Positions 1 to 9,526 of a stretch of 64,000 nt of DNA are shown one piece after another. The notes below the pieces were generated by a model. That model did not search any database. It saw only the letters and a list, made by a program, of their open reading frames with translations, and was not told where the DNA came from. The stretch is taken from assembly GCA_045535075.1 (NCBI GenBank), contig JAZSKX010000017.1, positions 128,001 through 192,000 on the forward strand. The letters run 5' to 3'. Source of the DNA: Candidatus Spyradenecus sp. Its GTDB lineage: Bacteria; Verrucomicrobiota; Verrucomicrobiia; Opitutales; UBA953. The translations under genes and the position numbers were made by a program. How positions within the stretch are numbered: the first letter of the stretch is position 1; the number at the start of each line of letters is the position of its first letter.

Positions 1-1
1 G

Positions 2-508
2 CCGGCGGATAAGGGAAGCAGCGTCGGGCTTTTCCTGCCTACGGGAACTTCCGAGCTGAAGCGTGTTCTTGACGGAGATCTAAGCGCGGCGAGGAAATGG
101 CTTATTGAGCCTCGCCTTTCCGGACGCGAACTTACGGTCGGACTACTTGACGGCAAGGCAATGGGAATCGTCGAAATTCGACCGAAAGTCGGCGTGTACG
201 ATTTCACGAACAAATACACGAGCGGGAACACGGAATATCTTTTCCCTGCCCCGATTAAAGATGCAAGTGCCGAGAAAATTAAGAGATGCGCCGAACAGAT
301 TTTTTCCTGTTGCGGATGCCGCGACTTCTCGCGTGCGGATGTCATCCTGCTGCCGGACGAGAGTTTTTACTTTCTCGAAGTCAACACAATGCCCGGACTG
401 ACGGCAACAAGCCTCTTGCCGAAAAGCGCCTCGTGCGTCGGCTTAGATTTTCCCGCGCTAACGGCGGCGATGATTCGCCCCGCGATTGAGCGTTTTAAAA
501 ATCGCTAA
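2..508 (+). CDS. ddl: D-alanine--D-alanine ligase, C-terminal part (5' end outside window)
   Basis: Frame open from base 2: PADKGSSVG, YDFTNKY, SRAD and FLEVNTMPGLTATSLLP ATP-grasp motifs. Confidence 0.93.
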   Translation, partial: PADKGSSVGLFLPTGTSELKRVLDGDLSAARKWLIEPRLSGRELTVGLLDGKAMGIVEIRPKVGVYDFTNKYTSGNTEYLFPAPIKDASAEKIKRCAEQIFSCCGCRDFSRADVILLPDESFYFLEVNTMPGLTATSLLPKSASCVGLDFPALTAAMIRPAIERFKNR

Positions 509-543
509 GTCGAAAAATTCCCGAAAGCCGTTTTGTTCCCGAA

Positions 544-1797
544 CTAACTTGCATTCAGCTCCCGAACGATTTCCGCGGGAGCGCGTTCTTCGTCGAGCAG
601 TTTTTTCATGCGCGCCATGGTCGGTGCGGCGTGCGTGAAAAATCTTTTGTACGCGGCACAGAAATAATTCAACCCCGGCTCGCCGTCGGGCGATATGCAG
701 AAGCGATGCTTGGGGCATTCGCCGTTGCAGGCAAAGCGCACGCCGCATTTTCGGCAAACGCGCGGGAGCGTTTTCAGCTTCATTTCGCCGAAACGTTTTT
801 GCGCCTCTGAATTTGCCAACACGCCGAGCTTTTTTTCTAAGAGATTCCCGAGCCTGAACCGCGGATAAACAAAATGGTCGCAGGAAAAAACATCGCCGTT
901 GTGTTCAAGCGCGAGTGCCTTGCCGCATTTTTCGCGAAAAACGCAAAGCGGCGCGGGAACGCCCGCCCAAGCACAAAGCGCAACATCAAAAAGCTGAACG
1001 AATGTTTTCCCGACATCGCGCCGCACCCAAACATCGTAAATTTCACAAAGAAATTTTCCGTAATCTTCCGGTTTTACGGACCACGGCATAACGTCGCTCC
1101 CGCCAAGATTTCCGCTCAACAAATCCGGCGCCGAAGCAAAGCGCATCGGAGCGTCGGCAGGCGGCGCAGGACGCTCGACAAGCGGGATAAACTGAATAAA
1201 GCCCGAGCCGATTTCCCGCAAAAATTCATAAACTTCAACTCCGCAGCGAACGTTGTGTTCGCCGACGACCGTCAGCGTATTGAATTCCGCTCCGAAACGC
1301 TTGAGCTGTGCGATTCCGTTCATCACCAAATCAAACGACGGCGTTCCCGCGCGCGTAACGCGATTGGCGTCGTGGCATTCCCGCGGGCCGTCGATGCTTA
1401 CGCCTACGAGAAATCCGTTGTCCGCCAAAAAAGCCGCCCAGTCTTCATTGATTAAAGTTCCGTTAGTCTGAAATGCGTTTTCAATGCGTTTCCCGTCGGC
1501 GTATTTTCTTTCAAGTTCGAGAACTTTTTTAAAAAAATCAATTCCGAGAAGCGATGGTTCGCCGCCCTGCCAAACGAAGCTAACCTCGGGAACGTCCTGC
1601 GCGGCAATGTAATCGCGAATAAACGTTTCGAGCACGGCATCGCTCATTTTCCATTCTTTTCTCTGCGGGAAAAGAGCCTGCTTTTCCAGATAATAACAAT
1701 ACGTGCAGTTCAGATTACAAATTGAACCGATCGGCTTTGCCATTACGTTAAACGCTTTCGGCTCGCCGTTGGCGGAAGTTTTCTTCGCGGACTTCAT
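544..1797 (-). CDS. Anaerobic sulfatase maturase (radical SAM/SPASM, anSME/AslB family)
   Basis: CNLNCTYC motif, WQGGEP, SPASM cysteines (CVFREKC, SCDH, CRKC..C.GECPKHR, YFC); start placed at ATG 1797. Confidence 0.93.
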   Translation of the reverse strand: MKSAKKTSANGEPKAFNVMAKPIGSICNLNCTYCYYLEKQALFPQRKEWKMSDAVLETFIRDYIAAQDVPEVSFVWQGGEPSLLGIDFFKKVLELERKYADGKRIENAFQTNGTLINEDWAAFLADNGFLVGVSIDGPRECHDANRVTRAGTPSFDLVMNGIAQLKRFGAEFNTLTVVGEHNVRCGVEVYEFLREIGSGFIQFIPLVERPAPPADAPMRFASAPDLLSGNLGGSDVMPWSVKPEDYGKFLCEIYDVWVRRDVGKTFVQLFDVALCAWAGVPAPLCVFREKCGKALALEHNGDVFSCDHFVYPRFRLGNLLEKKLGVLANSEAQKRFGEMKLKTLPRVCRKCGVRFACNGECPKHRFCISPDGEPGLNYFCAAYKRFFTHAAPTMARMKKLLDEERAPAEIVRELNAS

Positions 1798-1906
1798 GTC
1801 GTTTGTTTTACGCCGCCCGAGCGAAATTCGCAAACGGATTTAAGCCTGCGGAAACAAGTTGCGGACGGGATTTACAAAAATGCGGAAATTGGCTTAGGCT
1901 TGCGCT

Positions 1907-2731
1907 ATGATTTTTTGGAGTATTGCGGGAACGCTGTTTTTGGTCACGGCGCTTTGGCTTGGCGTTGCCGCGTGGCGGGACCGCCAAAACCGGGAGCGCT
2001 TTTTGTCGGCTCCGCTTCCGAAAAACTGGGCAAAACTCATTCGTATTCATGTGCCGATTGCCGAAAAAATCCCGCGGGAACTACGTCCGCGATATGCTCG
2101 CCGCATTAAAGCGTTTTTAATGGAAAAAACATTTGAACCCTGCGGCGGGCTTGCAGAAATCTCCGATAAAATTGCGCTTATCGTTGCCGCGAACGCGTCG
2201 TTGCTCGCACTCGGACGCGATGTTCCCGCGTGGCGCGCCTTGCATTCCGTTTTGATTTATCCGCGTGCGTTCCGCCTGGATTCTCCGGAAGACGATTATG
2301 CGGGGAGCGCCGAAAGTGAGATTTTACCGATTCCAGCCGAGGAAGAATCTGCGGAGAACGACGGCGAATCACGAAGCTTCGGGAGCGTTATTTTTTCACA
2401 GGAACGCATTCTGCGCGATTGCGCGTTTTCTTCCAATATTCAAAACGTCATCATCCATGAGTTCGCTCATCAGTTTGCCGACACGGAGCCGCTGTTTTTT
2501 CCGCGGGAACGACTCGCCGAATGGGAAACACTTTTTCAAAAAGAAATGGCGAAGCTTCAATCCGGAGCAAGCGACACCATTTTGGACGAATACGGCGCCG
2601 ACGATCCCGCCGAATTCTTTGCCGTAAGCACGGAAGCCTTTTTCGGAACACCGCAGGCGCTTCGCCGCGCACATCCGGAAGTTTATGCAGCGCTTGCCGC
2701 AATTTACGCGCTCGATCCCGCAAGCTGGTAA
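1907..2731 (+). CDS. MtfA / peptidase M90 family zinc-dependent protein with N-terminal TM segment
   Basis: NVIIHEFAHQ, LDEYGADDPAEFFAVSTEAFF, HPEVYAAL motifs. Confidence 0.88.
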   Translation: MIFWSIAGTLFLVTALWLGVAAWRDRQNRERFLSAPLPKNWAKLIRIHVPIAEKIPRELRPRYARRIKAFLMEKTFEPCGGLAEISDKIALIVAANASLLALGRDVPAWRALHSVLIYPRAFRLDSPEDDYAGSAESEILPIPAEEESAENDGESRSFGSVIFSQERILRDCAFSSNIQNVIIHEFAHQFADTEPLFFPRERLAEWETLFQKEMAKLQSGASDTILDEYGADDPAEFFAVSTEAFFGTPQALRRAHPEVYAALAAIYALDPASW

Positions 2732-2749
2732 TTCGTTTTGAGGGAATCG

Positions 2750-3298
2750 ATGAGAGTTGAGGGCTGAGAGCTTAGAGGGAAATGCGTTCCCGCAAACGGG
2801 AAAAAGGATTTAGAAAACCTTTTTCGCGAAGCGAGGTGCAAATACCTATCATCTCTTACTTCTCCTCGCTCATCCGAAACTCTATTTATAGAGAACCAAA
2901 GAGCTCTGGATACACACATCAAATATTACAGCATCAAAGAGTTTTTTGATCATGAGGCGTGGAGGAACTTACAAAACAGGCTACCGAAATATTTTCTCTC
3001 CGTTCAATATTTTAACCGTCACGGAACTCTCGTCCGTTCTGAAAAAGAAAGCCTCGATGCCGGAACCGGAGAAAATTCTGCTTATTTCAGCCCGACATTA
3101 GAACCGAATTCAAGAGACGAACATTCAAGGAGATACATCTGCCTTTGGAGCTCAATGAGAATCAAAGCCACGGGCACGACCGACCGAATTTTAGCCATAA
3201 ATGACTATTCAAAGGAAATAAGAAAAGTTCATATCGAACTCCTGAAAAAAAACAAACAAAAGCGGAGAAACCTCGATTCTGAATCAATGGACCGTTGA
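2750..3298 (+). pseudogene. Orphan reading frame: ATG at 2750, in-frame TGA at codon 6, then 176 uninterrupted codons
   Basis: Manual translation; GAGGG upstream of the ATG; absent from the ORF track; no recognisable motif. Confidence 0.4.
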
Positions 3299-3322
3299 AT
3301 TGTAGCAATCGCCTTGCTCAAA

Positions 3323-3354
3323 AATAAAGCCTCCGCGGGAACGGAGGCTTTATT
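3323..3354. terminator. Bidirectional intrinsic terminator downstream of ileS
   Basis: AATAAAGCCTCCG-CGGGAA-CGGAGGCTTTATT, perfect 13-bp stem. Confidence 0.85.
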
Positions 3355-3371
3355 GAAGCGACAGATTCGGA

Positions 3372-6182
3372 TTAAACTTCGTTCGGGAATTTCTCCTTAA
3401 GAGCGTCGCGGCAGCGCGAGGAAACTTTGCCGAACGTTCCCGCGTCGACGAGTTCCGGCATCCAGCGCCACGAGCGCGGGCAACGGACGTAGCCGAGCGT
3501 TTCCGCCTTTACGGCTTCAACGGCGAGCGGCGTTCCCGCAGGCGCATCGGAGAGGCGCACTTCCGAGACGATAAAGGTTTCCGCGAGCAAGGCGGCGTGC
3601 TTTTTCAAAAGCGCGAAGGTTGCATCGGCGGAATCGCCGGAAATCGTGAGCACGGCTTCGAGCGATTGCCCGATGACTTTCGCAGAGCGAAGCGCGTCGA
3701 GCTTCAGATTCACGTTGTCGAGCACTTTGAGCAACGCGTCGAATTCCGCCGCTTCTTTCTCGAAAACGCATTCCGGATTTACCTGCGGCCAATCCTGCAA
3801 AAGAACGGAATCCTTCGCGTATTCGTTTTTCGCCGTGAAAAATCCCCACGCTTCGTCCGTCGTAAACGGAAGCATCGGCGCGAGCATTTTGACGTAAGCC
3901 GTGAAAATCGTGTAAATCGCGGTTTGCGACGAACGGCGTTCCCGCGAGTTCGCGGCGTAGGTGTAAAGGCGGTCTTTGAGAATGTTGTGATAGGTTGCCG
4001 AAAGCGTTTCCACGGTAAACGCGGCGATGGCGGCGTAGGCTTTGTGGAATTCGCAGTTTTCGTAGTTCGCGGTAACGTCGGCGAGAAGGCGGAAGAATTT
4101 CGTGAGCGCCCACTTATCGATCAGCGTTAGCTCCGCAAACGGAACGGCGTCTTTCGCGGGATCGAAATCGTAAAGATTCGAAAGCTGGTAACGGAGCGTG
4201 TTGCGAATGTTGCGATACTGCGTTGCCGTCGCGTCGAGAATGCCGTCGGAAAGCGGAATATCGTTCTGATAATTTTCCGAAGCGATCCAAAGGCGAACGA
4301 TGTCGGCTCCGTATTTGGAAACGTAGCCGTCGGCGGTTTGCGGCTTGCCGTCGGACTTGGAAATTTTCTGGCGCGTGCCTTCGTTGACGACAAATCCGTG
4401 CGTGATGACTTTTTTATACGGTGCGCAGCCGAAATTGATAACGCTCGTCCACAGCGAAGATTGGAACCAGCCGCGATGCTGGTCGGAACCTTCGAGATAC
4501 AAGTCCGCCGGGAACGCGAGGTCCGCGTTGCGCTTCAAGACGGCGGCGGAAGACGAGCCGGAATCGATCCAAACGTCGAGCGTGTCCGTTCCCGCGACGA
4601 GTTTTTCCGGCGCCGGCCAGTTGGCGGGAACATCAATTCCCGCGAGTAGTTCCGCCGGGGATTTTTCAAACCAAATATCGGTTCCCGCGACGGCGATTTT
4701 GTCTGCGATACCGTTGATAACGTTTGCATCGAGAAACGCTTCGCGCGTGTCCGCGTCGTAGAAAACCGGAATCGGCACGCCCCAGGAGCGTTGGCGGGAA
4801 ATACACCAGTCCGGGCGACCTTCAACGGCGGCGCGAATGCGGTTTTCGCCGCTGGCGGGAATCCAGGAAACGTCGCCGATTTGGGCAAGCGCCTTGGCGC
4901 GCATACCGTTTTTGTCGAGCGCGACGAACCATTGGTCCATGGCGCGGAAAATCACCGGCGTTTTCGAGCGCCAGCAGTGCGGGTATTGGTGGTCGATTTT
5001 CGCGACTTTTAAAAGCTTGCCCGAAGCTTCGAGCAGTTTCAAAACTTCGATGTTTGCCGGGCATTTTCCGTTGGTATCCAAAACGGAGATACCGACGAGC
5101 GACGCGGGAACGCGACCGTCATTGGCGTAAACGCCTTCGTCGTTGACCGGACAATAAATTTCGATGCCGTAGCGCAGGCAGGTTTGGTAGTCTTCAAGCC
5201 CGTGCCCGCCGGCGGTGTGGACGCAGCCCGTTCCCGCGTCGGTCGTGATGTAATCGGCGCAAACGACGGGCGAAGTGCGCGCGCAAATCGGATGTTGCGT
5301 TTGAATGCCTTCGAGGGTTTTTCCGAGGACTTTCGCGCCGCGCGCCGCGCCTTCCAAGCCGCAATCGGCGATGAATTTTTCCGCGAGAGCGTCGGCAACG
5401 ATGTAAATTTTTCCGGCGTGGGAAATTTCGACGTATTCAAGTTCCGGATGCACGGCGACAGCCATGTTTGCGGGAATCGTCCACGGAGTCGTTGTCCAGA
5501 TGACAAAATTCTTTTCCGGCGCGTCGATTTGCGGGAACGCGACCCAAATTGACGGCGAGGTGTGGTTTTTGTATTCGATTTCGGCTTCAGCGAGCGCGGT
5601 TTTGCAGGGAATTGACCAGTAAACCGGCTTTTTGCTGCGGTAAATCAAATCGTTCGCGACCATGTTTGCGAAGGTGCGGACGATGTCGGCTTCGTAGGCG
5701 GGATTTTTCGTTTTGTATTCCGCCGCCCAGTCGGCGAGGATGCCGAGGCGCTTAAATTGTTTGCGCTGTTTTTCGATAAAGCTTTCGGAAAATTCGGCGC
5801 AGGCTTTGCGGATTTCGAGCGGCGTGAGCGTTTTTTCCTTGGCGTGGAGTTCTTTCATCACCTTGTGCTCAATCGGCAAGCCGTGGCAGTCCCAGCCGGG
5901 AACGTAGGGGACGCGGAAGCCGCGCATCGTTTTGTAGCGCATGATGATGTCCTTGAGGAGCTTGTTGAGCGCGGTGCCGATGTGCACGTCGCCGTTGGTG
6001 AACGGCGGCCCGTCGTGGAGAATGTAAGATTTTCCCGTTCCCGCGTTCTTTTGCTGAAGGCGGCTGTAAAGGTCTGTTTCCTCCCAAAACGCGATGCGCT
6101 TGGGTTCGCGGGAGGTGAGATTTGCCCGCATCGGGAAATCCGTTACGGGGAGATTCAAGGTGTCTTTAAGTTCCACTGCCAT
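3372..6182 (-). CDS. ileS: Isoleucine--tRNA ligase
   Basis: HDGPPFTNGDVHIG, GWDCHGLPIE, WTTTPWT, WCISRQR, EGSDQHRGWFQ, KISKS. Confidence 0.98.
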   Translation of the reverse strand: MAVELKDTLNLPVTDFPMRANLTSREPKRIAFWEETDLYSRLQQKNAGTGKSYILHDGPPFTNGDVHIGTALNKLLKDIIMRYKTMRGFRVPYVPGWDCHGLPIEHKVMKELHAKEKTLTPLEIRKACAEFSESFIEKQRKQFKRLGILADWAAEYKTKNPAYEADIVRTFANMVANDLIYRSKKPVYWSIPCKTALAEAEIEYKNHTSPSIWVAFPQIDAPEKNFVIWTTTPWTIPANMAVAVHPELEYVEISHAGKIYIVADALAEKFIADCGLEGAARGAKVLGKTLEGIQTQHPICARTSPVVCADYITTDAGTGCVHTAGGHGLEDYQTCLRYGIEIYCPVNDEGVYANDGRVPASLVGISVLDTNGKCPANIEVLKLLEASGKLLKVAKIDHQYPHCWRSKTPVIFRAMDQWFVALDKNGMRAKALAQIGDVSWIPASGENRIRAAVEGRPDWCISRQRSWGVPIPVFYDADTREAFLDANVINGIADKIAVAGTDIWFEKSPAELLAGIDVPANWPAPEKLVAGTDTLDVWIDSGSSSAAVLKRNADLAFPADLYLEGSDQHRGWFQSSLWTSVINFGCAPYKKVITHGFVVNEGTRQKISKSDGKPQTADGYVSKYGADIVRLWIASENYQNDIPLSDGILDATATQYRNIRNTLRYQLSNLYDFDPAKDAVPFAELTLIDKWALTKFFRLLADVTANYENCEFHKAYAAIAAFTVETLSATYHNILKDRLYTYAANSRERRSSQTAIYTIFTAYVKMLAPMLPFTTDEAWGFFTAKNEYAKDSVLLQDWPQVNPECVFEKEAAEFDALLKVLDNVNLKLDALRSAKVIGQSLEAVLTISGDSADATFALLKKHAALLAETFIVSEVRLSDAPAGTPLAVEAVKAETLGYVRCPRSWRWMPELVDAGTFGKVSSRCRDALKEKFPNEV

Positions 6183-6326
6183 GATTAAATAGAGGACAAA
6201 AATTTTAAGCGGTAAGTATGTCTTTTTCCCCGTAAGCCGTCAACCACGGGAACTGATCGGTTTTCGCTCCACTGCAAAATAAAAGTCTGCTTGCATTACA
6301 CACATCTGTTGCGCATTATCTCCCCA

Positions 6327-7115
6327 ATGGCAAATACTACCGATTTGATAGGCGATAGCGTCCGAAGCCCGGAGCCAACAAAACTGTTTTGCATCTCGCT
6401 CAAAAGGTCTCCTTCCCGCCGGGAAAGTATGCAAAAATTCGCTAAAATTCCCGGAATAGAGTTTGCTTTTTTTGACGCCGTCGATGCGAAAACCGAAGAA
6501 TTGATTCCTTTTAAAGAACATTTTTATTGTTCCCGCACGGCAAATCTCTTGCGAGGACGGTCGCTTGAAGAAGGCGAAATCGCCTGTTTTGCATCGCATT
6601 TTCTACTTTGGGAAAAATGCATCAAGCTCAACGAACCGATTGTCGTTTGCGAAGACGACATTGAGCTTGCCGCCCACGAAGATTTTTTGGTGCGCCGAAT
6701 CCGGGAGATTCGCCAAGGCAATCACGAATACGTACGCCTTTTGGCAACGAAAAACAGGAAGACATACGCATTTGCGCCCGATTTAAAAATCGCGTTTGAT
6801 TCGCTCGCGGGAACGCAGGCTTATTACATTACTCCGGCTGCGGCGCGAAAATTTATTACCCATGCAAAAACATGGTTTATGCCGGTTGATGACTATATGG
6901 ATTTGTATTTTATTCACAAAGTTTTAAACATTGTCGCAGATTCCTTTCCCGTAAGAGGAACGGATTTTCCGTCGGATGTTGCTCGAAAACACGGAAAAAA
7001 ACGACGACTCTCGGGAACGAAAATCACCTCTGAACTTTTTCGTGTTTATCTGTTTTTGCGAAAAATTTTCTGGTTCGTGAAAAATCCGGCGCTCGCCAAA
7101 ATCGCGATTTCCTGA
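6327..7115 (+). CDS. Glycosyltransferase family 25 (LPS biosynthesis)
   Basis: ISLKRSPSRR, FFDAVD, GEIACFASH, CEDD, GTQAYYITP; start uncertain (6291 TTG or 6327 ATG). Confidence 0.9.
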   Translation: MANTTDLIGDSVRSPEPTKLFCISLKRSPSRRESMQKFAKIPGIEFAFFDAVDAKTEELIPFKEHFYCSRTANLLRGRSLEEGEIACFASHFLLWEKCIKLNEPIVVCEDDIELAAHEDFLVRRIREIRQGNHEYVRLLATKNRKTYAFAPDLKIAFDSLAGTQAYYITPAAARKFITHAKTWFMPVDDYMDLYFIHKVLNIVADSFPVRGTDFPSDVARKHGKKRRLSGTKITSELFRVYLFLRKIFWFVKNPALAKIAIS

Positions 7116-7254
7116 AAAATTCCCCTCCGAATGCGGGTGTTCGAAGCTTCGAACACTCTTTTCTTTTGCGCGTATTGCGGGAGAATGCTAGGATTCCTGC
7201 CAATTCGGAGCGCCTTTCGCGACTTTGAAAACTCAAAATACGACTCGCACATTC

Positions 7255-9072
7255 ATGAAACGCTTTCTCCCCTACTACTCGCTTCTTGCTGAAGTTCGTT
7301 GGACGTTTGCCATTGCCCTGCTCCTGGGCATTTTATCCGGGATCGCAAGCGGATTCGGGCTTCCCCTAATGCTTCAAAAAGTGCTTCCCGTTCTGTTTTC
7401 CGGAGAGGAAACCGCGCAGGCGCTCGTGCTTTTTGATCCCGCGTCCGAAACCGCAATCGGCTACGGCTTGGATTGGCTTCCCGCGCTTATCGTTCCCGCC
7501 GAACACGTTTTGGCATTTGCCATTTTGCTTTTGCCGATCGTATTCATTATCCGCGGCGCATCCATGTTCGGAAACACTTACCTGCTCAATGTTTGCGGAA
7601 TTCGCGTTTTGGAAGGCGTGCGCATGCGCCTGTTTTCGCACCTGCAAAAAATGCACTTGGACTTTTTCCGGAAACACAATTCCGGCGACCTCCTCAGCCG
7701 CACGATGGGCGATACCATGCTTGTCAAAAGCGTACTTGTCGAAGTGACGAACGACTTGCTTATCCAGCCGTTTACGCTTGCGGGAGCCGTCGGATTCGTG
7801 GTTTGGCAAGCGTTCCAAAGCTCGGCGACTCAGGAGTTTCTGCTGAGCCTTCTGCTCGTTCCCGCGACCGTTCTTCCGGTTCAAATTATCGGAAAACGCA
7901 TTCGTAAACGCTCGAAAGACGCACTAAAAAAGGCAGGAGAGCTTTCCGGAATTCTCACCGAAAGCCTTCAATCTCCGAAAGAAATCCGCGCTTACAATCT
8001 GCAGGAACGCGAGTGCTCTCGCTTTCGGGGATTTGTCCGTTCTTATTTGAAGCTTCAGCTCAAAGTCGTTAAGTACGACAAACTGCTAACGCCGCTGATT
8101 GAAATTCTTGCCGCCTGCACCGTTTCGTTCGCAGTCTATCGTGCCGCATGTGCCGGGCTTGATCAGGACACCGTCATCGCGCTCGTCGGCGCGCTTTATT
8201 TCGCCTACGATCCGATTAAAAAAATCGGGAAAGTAAACAACCGAATCAAGGAAGGCATGGCGGCACTCACTCGATTGGAGGAAATTATCAACGCTCCGGT
8301 TGAAGTCGCCGATCCCGCAAACCCGAAGCCGCTCAGCAACGTGCGCGGCGAAATTTTGTTTGAAAACGTTAATTTCGCTTACGATCCCGAAGAGCCGGTT
8401 TTGAAAAACATCACCTTCTCGGTAAAACCCGGAGAAACCGTCGCGCTTGTCGGTCCTTCCGGCGCCGGAAAAAGTACCGTCGTCAATTTGCTCCCGCGAT
8501 TTTACGACGTAATCGGCGGCAGTGTTAAAGTTGACGGCTTGGACGTGCGGGAACTGCTTCAGCACGAATTGCGTCAAAACATCGCGATCGTCTCCCAGGA
8601 ACCGATTCTATTTTCCGATTCGATTTACAACAACCTCCTGCTCGGGAAACCGGATGCCACGCGGGAAGAAGTTGAAAACGCCCTTAAACGTGCCGCAGCC
8701 TACGACTTTGTAATGTCACTCGAAAACGGCTGGGATACGGCTGTCGGCGAACGCGGCGGACGGCTTTCCGGCGGGCAGCGCCAACGCATCGCAATCGCAC
8801 GCGCGTTCCTCAAAAACGCTCCGATTCTCATCCTGGACGAAGCCACCTCCGCTCTCGACTCCGAAAGCGAAGCCGAAATTCAGGACGCGTTGGAAGAACT
8901 CGTTAAAGGGCGAACCACATTCATGATCGCCCATCGCTTCTCGTCAATCCGCACGGCAACACGAATTTTGGTTTTCGAATCCGGGAAAATCGTCGCCGAC
9001 GGTCCGCACGAAAAAGTTTACGCCGAATCCGAGCTCTATCGTGAACTCTATAACCGCCAATCCGTCGAATAA
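7255..9072 (+). CDS. MsbA-like ABC exporter (TM domain plus ATPase)
   Basis: TM helices, GPSGAGKST, LSGGQRQR, ILDEATSALD; adjacent to the GT25 gene. Confidence 0.9.
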   Translation: MKRFLPYYSLLAEVRWTFAIALLLGILSGIASGFGLPLMLQKVLPVLFSGEETAQALVLFDPASETAIGYGLDWLPALIVPAEHVLAFAILLLPIVFIIRGASMFGNTYLLNVCGIRVLEGVRMRLFSHLQKMHLDFFRKHNSGDLLSRTMGDTMLVKSVLVEVTNDLLIQPFTLAGAVGFVVWQAFQSSATQEFLLSLLLVPATVLPVQIIGKRIRKRSKDALKKAGELSGILTESLQSPKEIRAYNLQERECSRFRGFVRSYLKLQLKVVKYDKLLTPLIEILAACTVSFAVYRAACAGLDQDTVIALVGALYFAYDPIKKIGKVNNRIKEGMAALTRLEEIINAPVEVADPANPKPLSNVRGEILFENVNFAYDPEEPVLKNITFSVKPGETVALVGPSGAGKSTVVNLLPRFYDVIGGSVKVDGLDVRELLQHELRQNIAIVSQEPILFSDSIYNNLLLGKPDATREEVENALKRAAAYDFVMSLENGWDTAVGERGGRLSGGQRQRIAIARAFLKNAPILILDEATSALDSESEAEIQDALEELVKGRTTFMIAHRFSSIRTATRILVFESGKIVADGPHEKVYAESELYRELYNRQSVE

Positions 9073-9079
9073 AATCCGT

Positions 9080-9108
9080 TTGACAAAGCCCGCGGGAACG
9101 GCGAGAAT
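9080..9108 (+). promoter_or_regulatory. Sigma70-type promoter of tRNA-Pro
   Basis: TTGACA-17 bp-GAGAAT, 15 bp upstream of the tRNA. Confidence 0.6.
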
Positions 9109-9123
9109 CGTTAACTCATTTTT

Positions 9124-9201
9124 CGGGCTGTAGCGCAGTCTGGCTAGCGCATTTGCATGGGGTGCAAAGGGTCGGAGGTTCGAATCCTCTCAGCCCGACC
9201 A
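9124..9201 (+). tRNA. tRNA-Pro(GGG)
   Basis: Cloverleaf; anticodon arm TTTGC-ATGGGGT-GCAAA; GGTTCGAATCC; encoded CCA. Confidence 0.96.
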
Positions 9202-9467
9202 TTTTCTCCAAAAATCGCCCGCAATCCTAATAAAATACAGGACTGCGGGCTTTTTCTTGCCGAAATTTCGGCAAAGGGAGAGCCGATTCGAAAAAGCGCA
9301 GAAACGCTTCAGAGCTTCACGCCAAGAGCGGCGGCAAGTAAGCGATTAACAGCGCGGGCGCGGGTTTCCAAGGTTCTATTTTTCGGGCAAGCAGGGAAAA
9401 ATGAATCCCATTCGATTTCAAAACGGCTCTTTTGTGTTTTGTTGTCTGGGCATAAGCTCAATTGAGC

Positions 9468-9500
9468 AACGCGTTCCCGCCAATCTCACGGGAACGCGTT
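9468..9500 (-). terminator. Hairpin downstream of the glutamine synthetase gene, made of an inverted motif pair
   Basis: AACGCGTTCCCG...CGGGAACGCGTT, 12-bp stem. Confidence 0.7.
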
Positions 9501-9526
9501 TTTGTTGCTGCGGGAACAGCCTCGCC

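Noticed and set aside
9202..9460. Integrative element at tRNA-Pro(GGG), and likewise after tRNA-Pro(TGG) at 39314-39500
   Set aside because: No duplicated tRNA 3' end and no integrase seen
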